From positions 427,535 to 491,534 of the forward strand of contig SRMA01025353.1 of the NCBI GenBank assembly GCA_007224835.1: a DNA stretch of 64,000 nucleotides, written 5' to 3'. The notes under the pieces were generated by a model, which had not been told where the DNA came from, searched no databases, and was given only the letters and a program-made list of their open reading frames with translations. The translations under genes and the position numbers were made by a program. Origin of the DNA: Danionella cerebrum. Its lineage: Eukaryota. This document shows positions 22,846 through 34,033 of the stretch, one piece after another. Position 1 is the first letter of the stretch; the number at the start of each line of letters is the position of its first letter.

Positions 22846-23569
22846 TCCCAAGGTGCAGATGTCAGCGTGTGCAAGGTAAAGTCAGGCTTCTATATCTTTA
22901 TGAACTTGATGAGAACTGTTGGGCGTAAATAAATAGTTATTAGAAGAGGTCCTGTTCACGTACTGGTACAATACAGTCAAATACAGAGAAACTTGGGATA
23001 AATCTACACGTCAGCTTAGCGAATTAGCATTTCTGTTCCTATAATGGACAAAAAATAAACTATTGAACTTTTGGACACTAATGAATGTATTTTTGGGACT
23101 CATTTACAGAGAAAGCATAAGCATCCCTATTTATGTTTAGGGTAAAATTTAGTGGGCACCTTTCATGTGAGTCTATTTGAACCAGACACAAACAAGTCTT
23201 GAAAGCCCTTCTGTATTAATCCTTAGAAATCTGCGGGCTTTTTGAGGGTTTAAACAGCTTTTCTGATTTATAACGAAGATAAAAATTGTTGAGACAAAAT
23301 AAATATTAATACATCACCCAAACAAGTTAAGACAAGTTCAAAACAATGTGTAAATTAAATAAAAAAAAAGTCGAAACACAAGCTATATCACAGGTCTTTT
23401 ACTTCCAAGGGTTATCACCTCATTTCACCACTAGATGGCACCGATTTAGGGTTTGTAATATGAAATTGAAAGACGATCACACATTTTCTCACATAAAAAT
23501 TTTGCTAATTATTTACCCAATGTTGTCATCAACTCATGGTTTTCATTCACTCATTTGCTTTACCAATTT

Positions 23570-23800
23570 GGTCACAGGTGTCTACTGGTGCCTATATCGA
23601 GCGCACTACGGGCAAGAGGCGGGGGTACACACACATTTACTCCTAAGGGGGATTTACAGTATTCAATTAACCCAGTTAAGTGATTCAATTGGGATTGGAA
23701 ACCAAAGCACCTGGAGAAAACCCATGCAAACACAGCGAGGGGAGCCTCGAACCTGTAACCTTCTCACGGAGAGCCCCACAGTGCTACCCACTAATTGTGC
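23570..23800. repeat. DANA-like SINE fragment (…ggaaaccaaagcacctggagaaaacccatgcaaacacagcgagg…cgaacc…cttctcacggagag…cacagtgctacccact)
   Basis: Matches the conserved core of abundant zebrafish SINEs. It accounts for the spurious 244-aa ORF at 23346..24080. Confidence 0.6.
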
Positions 23801-24949
23801 GTTTATATCTCTAAAACGTTTACAGAAAGGACCAGTTTTGGTCCATCTTTGTACAAATCCACCATTTATAAATGAGAAAATCAAACAATCATGGTTTTCA
23901 TGGAAATGTACAATTTTTTTTCTTGTGACAGCAGCTGCCCCTGGAGACAAACGTTTCCAGATCATTCACACACCCTGGAACAATAATTCCTCTCGTTTCT
24001 TCACCAATATTCTTTTGCAACCTACAAGAACATACGCCTCGGTTCACATCTTGCAGGATGGCGTTTGTGATCTATTCTAAGTCACAAATCAATGTAGAAA
24101 CCAAGCAACTGAAGGTACAAAGCATGAGCTCCTCAGCAGAACCAAATCCAGACCAATACTGTTTACATTAATGGAGACATGCTGCAGAAACAAATGAGCA
24201 ACTCGCTCTCCAAAACAGAAAACAAGATTTAAAAGGTTGCACATTTCACTTTCTCTTCCGCAACTATTCTCTTTCTAATTGTTAATCACTTGAACGAGAA
24301 TCTTTCCAGCAACACAGCAGGTAAATAATTAAAAACTAATACCACAACAGCCAGCGTTTTAGCTCTCCGTCTTCATCCCTCTCTTCTCAGATGCTGTAAA
24401 CTGCATTTAATGATCCTCTAAAACCCAAAGAGCCTCTTTAACAAATCTTTCAAAATCAGTATTTTCACCTGCCTGATCCGATCAGACCACTGCTTTAAAC
24501 ATGTATCCTTTTAAAAGATCTGAACAGAGTTTTTTCTAAACTGACATTTTTGAGTATAAATAGTCACTGGTTCATTATATATGATGTAACATCTGAAGGA
24601 AAACAGATATCACCCATATCACTAACTGATGTCATTAAATACACTTTGCAAACTCAAGCTTAACACACATTTCAATTTAATACACGAATGCGGCTTTAGT
24701 TTAGACACAGGTACAGACTCCTAGCCCACACGAAACCCTACTTTTACCAAAAAGAAGCTAAAGATTCATTTTTACCATAAAGGAGAGAGCTGGAAGAAAG
24801 TGACACACCCTCAGCATCCAAACAGCAACTGATGCTGAAGTACCAGCAGCAAACTCACCTCAATCTGACGCAAACGGCAAAAACATTCACATGATCCCTC
24901 TCAATAATCTGGAAGTATTGATGGAGCTAAAACGGTCTTTAAAAGCTTT

Positions 24950-25340
24950 CTTGATGCTCTCAGACACGTATTCAGTGAGGAAAGTGTGTTTTATCCAGTC
25001 TGTCTCTGACTCGCACCGCGTGCGCATGCTCGGCTCGGTAATGCGTTTTTAGGAGGATTCTTTAGGAGAAAGCTCTGGATGCTGCTGGAGATGCGTCCGA
25101 ATCTCTTCAGTGATTGGAGTAACTCGGTTCACTAAGCATCTTTGTGCGGCGTGGTACACGTGGCACGTTAATCTCGTGTTCTGGAGGTTTACAATTAACC
25201 ATCACTGTCAGATCCATTCACTTTATATGACTGGAAAACGTTTAATTAGGGTTCATTCGTTTATTTTGATCGCGTGCGTCTGCTCGTGCGCGGGGATCGG
25301 AATCGTTGGCGACTGGTGCATTTTTCGCCAGAGAGGGCTA
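24950..25340. promoter_or_regulatory. CpG-containing block (…ctcgcaccgcgtgcgcatgctcggctcgg…gatcgcgtgcgtctgctcgtgcgcggggatcgg…). Candidate promoter or 5-prime UTR region, possibly for the minus-strand prrt2-like gene.
   Basis: Local CpG enrichment in otherwise AT-rich, CpG-poor DNA. No exon could be assigned. Confidence 0.25.
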
Positions 25341-26589
25341 CGGTAATCTTTAACATCCTCAAATGAGCAACAAATAGTTGTTTATGTAAACATACAAAGA
25401 ACTTCATATTTAGTGTTAAACTTTTTTACACTTTAATATTTTACCCTGATTTCTTAAAAGCAGTCCTACCGCTCGGAGTTCATCCTGGCTCTGATCCTGA
25501 GACAGAAAGTAGACTTTGCCACAAAACCAACTCTTCTTTACATACCACGATCTAGAGATTTTTCAGGAAGAGTGCACCAAATGGTTGCCATTTCTGTCCC
25601 TGGGACTTTATATGTATTCAAAAGCATTCAAGTTTCTTCTTAAACTAAGCACATGCTTACTACATGCTATTCTCATTGTAAATCTAAGTGTTAACATTTA
25701 AAATATTGATAAAAGCCACATTAAATAACAGTAAATTGTGCCCAGTGTCTGATTTATGTGCACCATGTGGTTATTAAGCATGTAGATGGCTTCTAGATAT
25801 GGCCTATAAATGCTCCGTTTCTTTTGTCATCCCAGTTCCTGGACATTGGGGCTGTGTAAAAAAAAAAAAAAAAAAGAACTGGAGCAAACTGTTCACACAA
25901 TTACATTTAATTTGGAAATCAAGATCCCAGAGTCTGGAGAACGAGCGTAGGGAGAAAAACCGTGTTGAATGGAGTCATATGTGAAATGTTATTTTCTGAG
26001 GCTGGTCCATTGGGTTTTCTGAAGTCCACCTTAAACCAAGTCTTCCGTTAGGTTCATTTAGAGTGCTTCTTGCTTACTTTTGCAGATAAGCTTTATGGAG
26101 ATATAGATTTCACAAGGACTTGGCATCTACCAATGATACAAAGTTGGTTCAATGACATCAGACCCAACTTTGCAGATGACCTGAAGGCAGCCATCAAGGA
26201 AATGTGCCTCAGGCTTATTAGAAATAACCTTACCTTGATGCAAAAGGATGTCAAACAAGGATGCTATTTGATAAACTCAACTGGATTTTGTTGATTTGAT
26301 CAACGTACTGAACATTTCAGCTCTGGTCAGAGAAAGTATAAAGAAATGACAATTTTCGAAAGCTAAATATTTATTTTTGAAAAAGCAGCAAAACATTCCA
26401 AAAGGACTTTGGGCTTCACAGAATCAATTAAAGGCACTCTAGGCAGATTTAAACATGGAACACATTTACTCAAGGTTTAAAAGAATCCTGTGTTAGTAAA
26501 CATTGCTATGGCTAATAATGCGATCAGGTGGCTTTACTCTGTGGCATATTTATCATTTCTGCATATGAACCATTTTTTCTATAGTTTGT

Positions 26590-26715
26590 TTATTCATCTT
26601 TGTCCTTGCCCTGCAGCGACCCCAGGAGGCCGTTGGCAGTAGTGAAGAGATTGATGGGAGAAGTGCCGTCAGTAATAAGAGTAGACTTCAGACCCAAAGA
26701 CTGCAGGAGCTTCAC
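26590..26715 (-). CDS. mvp: mvp exon 16, last coding exon ([24 protein letters not shown]...KDKDE*)
   Basis: Acceptor ttttattgtcttccag|GTG. Stop TAA at 26590-26592. Homologous to the MVP C-terminus [25 protein letters not shown]. Confidence 0.85.
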   Translation of the reverse strand: MKLLQSLGLKSTLITDGTSPINLFTTANGLLGSLQGKDKDE

Positions 26716-26803
26716 CTGGAAGACAATAAAACGGTACTGTTAACATCTACAGTTCCACAAAAACCAAACGCTAGGTTTTTTTAAGGAGACAATGATCCCT
26801 CAC

Positions 26804-26992
26804 CTGTAGCTCTGGTCCAGCTCTCGCCATTTCCTTCAGAGTTTCAGTACCCAGGTTCTCCATCATGAGCTTGAAGCGCTGACTCTCAATCTCTGCTAAC
26901 TTCTGCTGCTTCTCGATCTCCAGCTGGTCCATTTGTTTCTTATAGCTCAACTCTTGCTCACGTGCTTTGCACAGGCGAGCCAGCTCAGAGTC
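26804..26992 (-). CDS. mvp: mvp exon 15
   Basis: Acceptor catgttag|GAC. Donor CTACAG|GTGAGG. Encodes [63 protein letters not shown]. Confidence 0.8.
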
Positions 26993-27066
26993 CTAACATG
27001 GAGAAATCCGCGTTTACAATCCACCAATTCAACCTGTATAATTGATAAAAGCGTATAAAGACATAC

Positions 27067-27193
27067 CGCCTCAATCTTCTGAGCATCTGCTTTGAGTTTG
27101 GCTTCCTCAACAGCTGCCTCTCCCTGAATACGAGCTGCCTCGGCTCTAGATAGCGCCTCTGCCTTTGCAGCTCCTGTGCTCTCCACTGCAGCA
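27067..27193 (-). CDS. mvp: mvp exon 14 (…[42 protein letters not shown])
   Basis: Acceptor ctttcag|TGC. Donor GAGGCG|GTATGT. Matches the MVP cap-helix region. Confidence 0.8.
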
Positions 27194-27270
27194 CTGAAAG
27201 ACAGACAGAGTGTTTACTGACCACGAGCGTGTCGGAGTTTAGTATAGCACTGGTCATTTTCGTTTATTCA

Positions 27271-27388
27271 CCTCTTAGCCTCCAGCTCCAGCAGTTCTTT
27301 TCTTGCCTTCTCAGCCTCTGCCTGGTCTGTGATCTTCTGCCTTTCCAGGCGACCCCGAGCTTCCTGCTCCAGACGCTCTGCTTCATGT
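27271..27388 (-). CDS. mvp: mvp exon 13 ([39 protein letters not shown])
   Basis: Acceptor cttcctgcag|ACA. Donor AAGAG|GTGAAT (phase 2). Near-identical to human [40 protein letters not shown]. Confidence 0.85.
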
Positions 27389-28056
27389 CTGCAGGAAGAA
27401 AAGTCTTGGCCATAGCTCACGCTTATCAAAGAGGATGCTAACAAGTCTGATGCTAACTCAAATACAGTCAATAAACTAGCCACAACAGCAAGATAATAAG
27501 CGCTAGTTGGGACTTGAAAAACAAAGACAATATAGCTACACCTTACGTGTACAATTCCTGACAAAAAGTCTTGTCGCTAATCTGTTTTAAAGAAACACCT
27601 GCTATTAACCTCACGTGAAAGGTTAAAACCCTTCCAAATTATGTTTAATAAACTGAAATAAAACTAGTTTCACTGAAAAAAAGATTTAGCAATTAATCAA
27701 GACAATTTTGCCTACACAGAAATTGATCAGATTTAGTGCAAATAAAAAAATAGCAAATTAGTTAGTGGTGCTGTGAGATCCAACTTCAATATCTTGTATG
27801 ACTTCCATGAAAGATTGCAACAGATAGCAAAGAAAGCAGTCTTGCATGCCCCCCAAGTTCATCAGTAATCTTGGGTTGCGTCTTCTATGCTTCCTCTTTC
27901 ATCCTACCCCAGGCATGCTCAATAATCTTCATGTCTGGTGACTGGGCTGGCCAATTCTGGCTGTGGCCCAGTGGAAATTTACAAAAGAACTACATTTGGC
28001 CTAATATCTAATCTAAGGACCTCTAAGATTAGAAACCTTAATACTTGGATCGTACC

Positions 28057-28277
28057 GTGCAGTAGCCTCTTGGGAATTGGTGGTGATCTCAATGGCAAGC
28101 TGAACACTCTTCTGCAGGGCGTCCCGGGTGCGCTGGTCCACCGGCTCCACAGACTGAATGTCCACACTGCTGATGATCAACCCGTTCTGACCAAAGCGCA
28201 GACTGGACCGCACCGCGAGCTTCTCATCGAACCCAAAAACAGCTGAACAGATGATCCTATTGGAGTTCTGAGAGGAA
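28057..28277 (-). CDS. mvp: mvp exon 12 ([71 protein letters not shown])
   Basis: Acceptor cctctcag|AAC. Donor GCACG|GTACGA (phase 2). Strong identity to the MVP shoulder domain. Confidence 0.85.
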
Positions 28278-28479
28278 GAAAGTCAAAAATAAAATCAGAC
28301 TGATTTATGTATGCAGATTTCCTACAAAGATTTCCTTGTTGACTTGTAAAATCTGTGCAAAAGCATTTGAACCCCAGGCTCTAGAAGGCGTAAAATATTC
28401 ACCTTCAACTTTTAATGGAAAAGGCAATGAAATTATCTATTAAACATCAGAGAAATGTATATTTGATTATTTTAATAAT

Positions 28480-28760
28480 AGTTACAACTTAATTTTTTAC
28501 GACATCACTACCAGCTCCCTAGCAACCATTCTGTTTACCCTAGCAACCTAAATTTTCGGAATTCTATCTCAGCTTTGGAAAATAATAGAAACATGGGGGT
28601 TGGTTTATTTCACTCATAGGGACATTTGGAACATTATATTGAGCCAATGACCACTCTATAGCAACCAGGCTGTTTACCATAGCAACAAACTTGGCATATC
28701 ACTATCTCAGCTTAGGAAAATCATAAGGACATGGGGTTTGGTTTATTTTACTCCCATTTA
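28480..28760. repeat. Dimeric SINE-like repeat (…ccctagcaacc…tctcagctttggaaaataatagaaacatggggg ttggtttatttcactcat…) in an mvp intron
   Basis: Two ~130-bp subunits in tandem. The same family recurs at 29790-30110 and 49440-49640. Confidence 0.6.
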
Positions 28761-28876
28761 AAATTGGCTTTTAAACTGCATTTAAAAACCAACATGAAAG
28801 TTTATGTGAAAACTTTAACTTTTGTCTGCTAACAATGATTAGTTGTTGCTAAAAGCACACATCTGGTGCGTTGAAT

Positions 28877-29023
28877 ACCTTGTGGAAGTCGTCGAACTGC
28901 ACTGAAGCAACAGCTCCTCTGATTCTGGAAGCGATGGCTTTACAAGCGTCTCCCACAAAATCCGGCACAGAGAACAATGCTGCCGCCTGGGCCACATCAG
29001 CTGGCTGTTTAATGTCAAAGTGC
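28877..29023 (-). CDS. mvp: mvp exon 11 (W)[48 protein letters not shown]
   Basis: Acceptor cggcatcag|GCA completes the Trp codon begun in exon 10. Donor CACAAG|GTATTC. Confidence 0.85.
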
Positions 29024-29110
29024 CTGATGCCGAGTCATAAAAAGAGATAGTTAGCTGTTAGTTTCCATTTTACAACTTTTTACCGAGACTTTAGATCCTT
29101 AAAAACATAC

Positions 29111-29308
29111 CAGTTATAAGAGAGCTGCAGCTGCAGACGGGCGTGGTCAGCCGTCTCGATGGTGATGATGTCAGTGCAGAAGTCTGGGCCGAGCAGAAGA
29201 CAGATAGTTTTGATGACATTAGGACGTTTAGGCTTGTCTCCGGAGAGGGAGAGAACCGTAAACTGCTCATCGGGTCCCAGCATCACCATTTCAGGTCCAA
29301 ACATCACC
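29111..29308 (-). CDS. mvp: mvp exon 10 ([66 protein letters not shown])
   Basis: Acceptor tgttatcaag|GG. Donor AACTG|GTATGT (phase 2). Confidence 0.85.
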
Positions 29309-29394
29309 CTTGATAACAGTAAGAAGATAACGAGGAAGACGATTTATAGTGACAACACCTCAGTTCTGATATGAGGAGTGAATGAAATGTACCT

Positions 29395-29638
29395 GGCCTT
29401 CTTTTCTCTGTAGTCATACACCTGCACAGCTGCATTGTGGGGAATACGATAGGCCACCACTCTAGTTTTATCTCGCTCGCCTTGTGCGAAGCCCCTTCCT
29501 CGCTCAGAGCGGTCAGCCAGTGGGTCACGGGATTGAGCCAGTAGTGTCTCAACATTGGCGGGAAGCTCTTTCTCCCACAATTCCTCATCCTGCGTCAGCA
29601 TGTAGGTCCGGCCAATCACAGCACGCACCTAAGAAGCA
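29395..29638 (-). CDS. mvp: mvp exon 9 ([79 protein letters not shown])
   Basis: Acceptor cttcttag|GTG. Donor GCCAG|GTACAT. Confidence 0.85.
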
Positions 29639-29789
29639 CATGGTCAGGTGAGATGGAACGCTTTCATCAGTTAAATATTTACCAATGACTTACAATGGCC
29701 ATTAAAAATAAATGGGATAAGGAAACAAGGAAATCTTCAAGGAAATACGTCAGGTTAATCATAGTACAACTTACTTTTTATGAAGGATA

Positions 29790-30110
29790 TTTTTTACTTT
29801 CAATGACAGCTCCCTAGCAACCAAACAGTTTACCCTAGCAACAAAATAAGCATATCTATATCTCAGCTTTGGAATATAAGAGCAACATGAGGGTTGGTTT
29901 ATTTCACTCATATTAACATGTGGAACATTGCCACTGATTTCTCAATAGCATCTCAATGTTTTACCCTAGTAACTAAATCTAGATCTCAGCTTCAGAAAAT
30001 GCTAAGAAAATAGGACTTGGTTTATATCACTCATAGTGAAAAGGGTACCTTTTAACAACATTGATTTCGCCCTAGCAACCAGATTGTTTACCCCAACAAC
30101 CGATTTAAAG
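29790..30110. repeat. Tandem copies (~2.5) of the same SINE-like unit (…tctcagctttggaatataagagcaacatgagggttggtttatttcactcat…) in an mvp intron
   Basis: Direct repeat comparison with 28480-28760. Confidence 0.6.
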
Positions 30111-30388
30111 AAATCTAAAGCTCAGCTCAAGAAGATCTTTAATAAATGCATTAACGTTGATATCACTCTGTCACAAGGGACCAACATCAAACTTTTAGGC
30201 AGTCAATTACAACACTTATCAGCCAATCAGAAGCCTTGCAAAACGTTACACCTTTTTCAAAAACGTTTTCAAAATGTACGTGTGGACAGAGAGGATAAAC
30301 GTGCATAAAAATCCCCGTTTTCGGGGGGACGTATGGACAAGCTTGATTTCCACCGAATGAAAAGGATAAATTCTCTGTCACATCTTGC

Positions 30389-30583
30389 CTTTCCAGTCTT
30401 GATATCCCGAACATAAATTCCCTCATTTTCATCCAGGGGGATGGCATCTCTTCTGAGCAGGACCTCAACGGTGGCTGGCGGGACGTATTCAACTGGCCCT
30501 CGCAGCATCCATCGGTCACCTGGGCGTCTCTGTATGCCCCTCTTTTTGCTCTTGCCTTCCTCTTTTTCTTCTGGCTCAACCTG
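30389..30583 (-). CDS. mvp: mvp exon 8 ([65 protein letters not shown]). It ends at a probable GC donor.
   Basis: Acceptor ctgcttcag|CAG. The only position that conserves the MVP sequence (...KTGK|VRAVIG...) has AAG|GCAAGA at 30383-30388, which is a GC-AG intron. A GT donor is not available in frame. Confidence 0.7.
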
Positions 30584-31263
30584 CTGAAGCAGCGAGGCAG
30601 GGGTGAAAGAAAGAAGCAGGGAGGAGTAACAATGGCAAACATTAGTGCAAGGTGGAGACGGACTCTGAAGCACAACTGGCAGCCCATCACACTGTGTTTG
30701 TGTGAGCAGGGATGAGTGAGAACGAAACAGAAGGGAGTGAAGGATGTAAATCATAATTTAAATTAAAGTTGAGGGTTCAATGCATTTATAAAAGGGAGAG
30801 GGAAGAAACGAATAGCATTTACATTTCAGTAAAACAGAGAAGTACAACACTTGCAATACAGGCTCCCGGAACAGAAAAACGAGTGGGTGAAAAGTGTTTC
30901 TTTACTGTTTTTTTTTTTATTGTAAAAACATTTGTGGAATGCTGAAACATCACATTAACTCTTTAGATCTAAGCATGGACCTTGCGAAACCAGTCGTATC
31001 TGTGTGCACTTAACATAATACACCCACTCTCTGCTTTTGTGGCTAACTCCACTGGTCTCCACCCTGCATACAAACAATCTGTGCATTTTTGTCCTGTTTG
31101 AATATCATTTTAATGAATCACAAGCTCTCTTTTCCTCCAAAATGCACAAATACAGTTGTGCACTTAAATAAACTTAAGTGCATCACATTTTTTTGCTTTC
31201 TTTGCCATTTTTTAGAAAATATGAATGATAAAAGCACACCGCAACTTTTAATATTCTGTATTC

Positions 31264-31330
31264 CCCCTTTTACATCAACCTGAAGTCTCTTGAGGTAGTT
31301 GTTGATGAGGTTCTTTATCTTCTCTGTTGG
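31264..31330 (+). mobile_element. Short Tc1-like 3-prime-end fragment (gaggtagttgttgatgaggttctttatcttctctgttgg) in an mvp intron
   Basis: Inverted copy of 32466-32530 and related to 54810-54870. Confidence 0.45.
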
Positions 31331-31498
31331 TAAAGCAGCCCATTCTTCTTGGTTAGTTTATTTAAAATAAAGGCTTGTATTGTAAATTAGTATATGCGTA
31401 GTAATGGCTTTATTCTGGGTGTGTAAACTTATGAGCACAACCGTATGCCGTAAACGTGTGATTTGTTTTAAGAATGCTGCATCAAACGTGTCCCGTAC

Positions 31499-31624
31499 CC
31501 CCTGAGTGTCGATGAAAGCCTCGACAGCCCGCAGCACAAGCCCTTCTTCCTCAGACAGCACGTACACATCCTGGATGCCATTCTCCAGATGCTCTCCTGG
31601 CATGAGAAAGAATGAACGCTCACC
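31499..31624 (-). CDS. mvp: mvp exon 7 ([33 protein letters not shown]…). The 3-prime end is ambiguous: donor at 31499 (GGG|GTACGG) or 31526 (GCT|GTCGAG).
   Basis: Acceptor tcctctccag|GGT. Homology [33 protein letters not shown]. Confidence 0.65.
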
Positions 31625-31738
31625 CTGGAGAGGAAATGTAAGAGCATTCAATCTCTAACACAACAATATAAAAACATTCCCAATGCATTGAACCCATAAT
31701 TTAAATCCTGCAAAAAGAGCAAAATAAAAGCCCTTCAC

Positions 31739-31975
31739 CTTCACCACTCTTTTCTGTCCCAGCTGAGGTTTGCCATCGACGCCCATGGGATCCAGAATCA
31801 CGCAGTACTGCCTGCTGTTCAGAGTGGTCACATCCACCACCCCGATGACCTCCTCGGCGACAGAAGGAATGTGGGCTTCTCTGTCTGCCACAGTCACCAA
31901 CCACTCTTCTCCAGTGCGGCGATCACGGCGCCCAGCATCCCGAAACGGGCGCAGAGCTCTGACGTGCAGAGCTTT
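31739..31975 (-). CDS. mvp: mvp exon 6 ([79 protein letters not shown])
   Basis: Acceptor cttgtgtttcag|AAA. Donor GTGAAG|GTGAAG. Confidence 0.8.
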
Positions 31976-32162
31976 CTGAAACACAAGCAGGCGCTGATGA
32001 TTTAGCAACAGCCTCAAGGGAGCTCTCTTCATTAGTCGAGTGTCTTCATCATTAATTACTTTCCTGCTGCACCAATTAATCCTTAACCCCTCAATAAATG
32101 TCCTCTGAACTGCTGTGATGGTCTAAGACGGGAAACCTGAAGGAAGAGCTACCTTGTCTGTG

Positions 32163-32247
32163 AGGATGAAAGCATTCACAATATCCACGACTTCTTCATG
32201 AGCTCCAGGAAGGTAAGCTCCAACTTTGCTGACCTGCCATTCCTCAC
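32163..32247 (-). CDS. mvp: mvp exon 5 ((G)[31 protein letters not shown])
   Basis: Acceptor ctctctcag|GT. Donor GACAAG|GTAGCT. Confidence 0.8.
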
Positions 32248-32465
32248 CTGAGAGAGACACATCCGCATACATTCAAATTGCAAAGTGGTACTAGGTTGCC
32301 AAACCATTATGAGTGTTTCCCCTAGATTTACAAGAATATTTTCCTTCTATGTACTGATAAAGTAGCTATTAGCTGTAAAAAGCTAATCTGATTATTTTAA
32401 AGCACAGATATTTGAATAGAAGACAAGAGTTTACAATAATTGGTGGCATTTTGACAAGAAGAATG

Positions 32466-32530
32466 TGCTTTGCCAACAGAGAAGATAAAGAACCTCATCA
32501 TCAACTACCTCAAGCTATTTCAGGCTGGCA
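32466..32530 (-). mobile_element. Short Tc1-like 3-prime-end fragment (ccaacagagaagataaagaacctcatcatcaactacctcaag). It is the inverted partner of 31264-31330.
   Basis: Reverse-complement near-identity with 31290-31330. Confidence 0.45.
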
Positions 32531-33207
32531 TTGATTTGACAACATATTAAGATGTGTAACTTTGCTCAGGGTCATTATGATTTAAAAAGAGTGAACACAG
32601 TGGTTTAAATATAAATGGCTTCTTCCAACCGCTAACTTTGATTTTGTGTTATTCGTTATTCCTGAAAAAAGGTCAACAAATCAGAAAACTTATTTTGTCC
32701 TCCACCTTCTGACTCTTTCAGGTCATGTCCGTGTTCTTGTACTTTTCAAGAGTCGTTTAATTTAATTTAATTTAATTTACACACATTTCATAGACATTTT
32801 AGTTCAAAATTAATGAAATAACAAATAAATGTCAGTTCTTGCTTTCTCTGGGGTTTGGATTCCCAGCACAATATTCTAGTGAGTCACAGGAAGAGCAAGC
32901 CATTTTTGTAAGGGTGCATGCGGGTTCAGAGCAGTGGGGCATTCTGGGTTTTGTAGTATTAACAAACAACCCTGGGAGAAATTGTGTACATCTTACAAGC
33001 TAAATATCACTTGTCACTGCAGCACCTTCATTAGCTTCTGCGTGGTATTGAAAGTCACCAATTATGAAGAATGTTGACCTACTTTATGTCCGAATTGTAG
33101 CAATTCTGTCAGACGTAAAGTAGCAGGTGCCCCTCTTATTGAACGGTAGGGGAAAAACTGATTTATGTTTTGAGCAACATTGTGTTTGTACACCAGGTCT
33201 CACGCAC

Positions 33208-33339
33208 CAGTCACTCTCGGGGCACCATTGCGGTCCAGACCCTCTTTCCGTGCCCGGAGACGAATGGCCTGATTCTCTTGGATCACCGTAGCCTTAATGA
33301 CTTCCAGTACTGCCACTTCCTTCCTGGGAATGTACGTTC
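33208..33339 (-). CDS. mvp: mvp exon 4 ((G)[44 protein letters not shown])
   Basis: Acceptor tttttcaacag|GA. Donor ACTG|GTGCGT (phase 1). Confidence 0.8.
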
Positions 33340-33588
33340 CTGTTGAAAAATAAAAACACTTCATGTGAGATCTGCCATTTAATGTTTTGATTTTGACATG
33401 TTTAAAACATGTAGGTAACAACTGCATTTCTGCATGCCACAACCCAACCACATCATTCAGTGGGCAAAACTGTATGAGGAACCACTTTAATTTCCTTATT
33501 TTCTTTAGCACTTCCTCAATTCCAACTGAAATTTCTTCATGCAGGTAAACAAACAGGCTTCAAGCTAACGCTAATGCTGCAGTGGTAC

Positions 33589-33712
33589 CTGGTCCCTCAA
33601 AGAGCCACTCATCTCCAGCAACTTTCTTCTCTCCTGCAGCATCCTCGAAGTCCAGAAGGGCCTGCAGACGCAGAGCTGTGTCGGGATACACAATCTGCAG
33701 TGGCGTCACATC
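33589..33712 (-). CDS. mvp: mvp exon 3 ([42 protein letters not shown])
   Basis: Acceptor ccatggtag|GAT. Donor CCAG|GTACCA. Confidence 0.8.
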
Positions 33713-33837
33713 CTACCATGGATACCAACAGAGATGAACACAAGCGTTAATGACCATGTATGGCAAGCTTGTTCACTTATCGAACATGACAGAACTAGGC
33801 AATAACATCTGGAGGTGCATGACGCTTGCAACTTCTA

Positions 33838-34033
33838 CCTTCTGTATCTCTTCACCAGGGTACAGAGGGAACGGATCCTGGGTCAGCCGGATCTCCAGGT
33901 CAGCGTGTCGGAGCTTGGCTTGTCCTGATGCATCAAACTGTACGCGGGACTCATCATCACGGGCGACGGGGTTGACCACAACACAGTAGTGCCGCGGTGG
34001 CACCATGATCATCCGCACAGGAGCAAACAGAAC
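33838..34033 (-). CDS. mvp: mvp exon 2 ((R)[65 protein letters not shown])
   Basis: Acceptor cccctacag|GG. Donor CAGAAG|GTAGAA. Confidence 0.85.

Noticed and set aside
23346-24080. 244-aa plus-strand ORF, the longest non-genic ORF in the window
   Set aside because: It runs straight through a DANA-like SINE fragment and low-complexity sequence. The composition is non-protein-like (Trp/Cys/His-rich nonsense). No splice signals, no homology.
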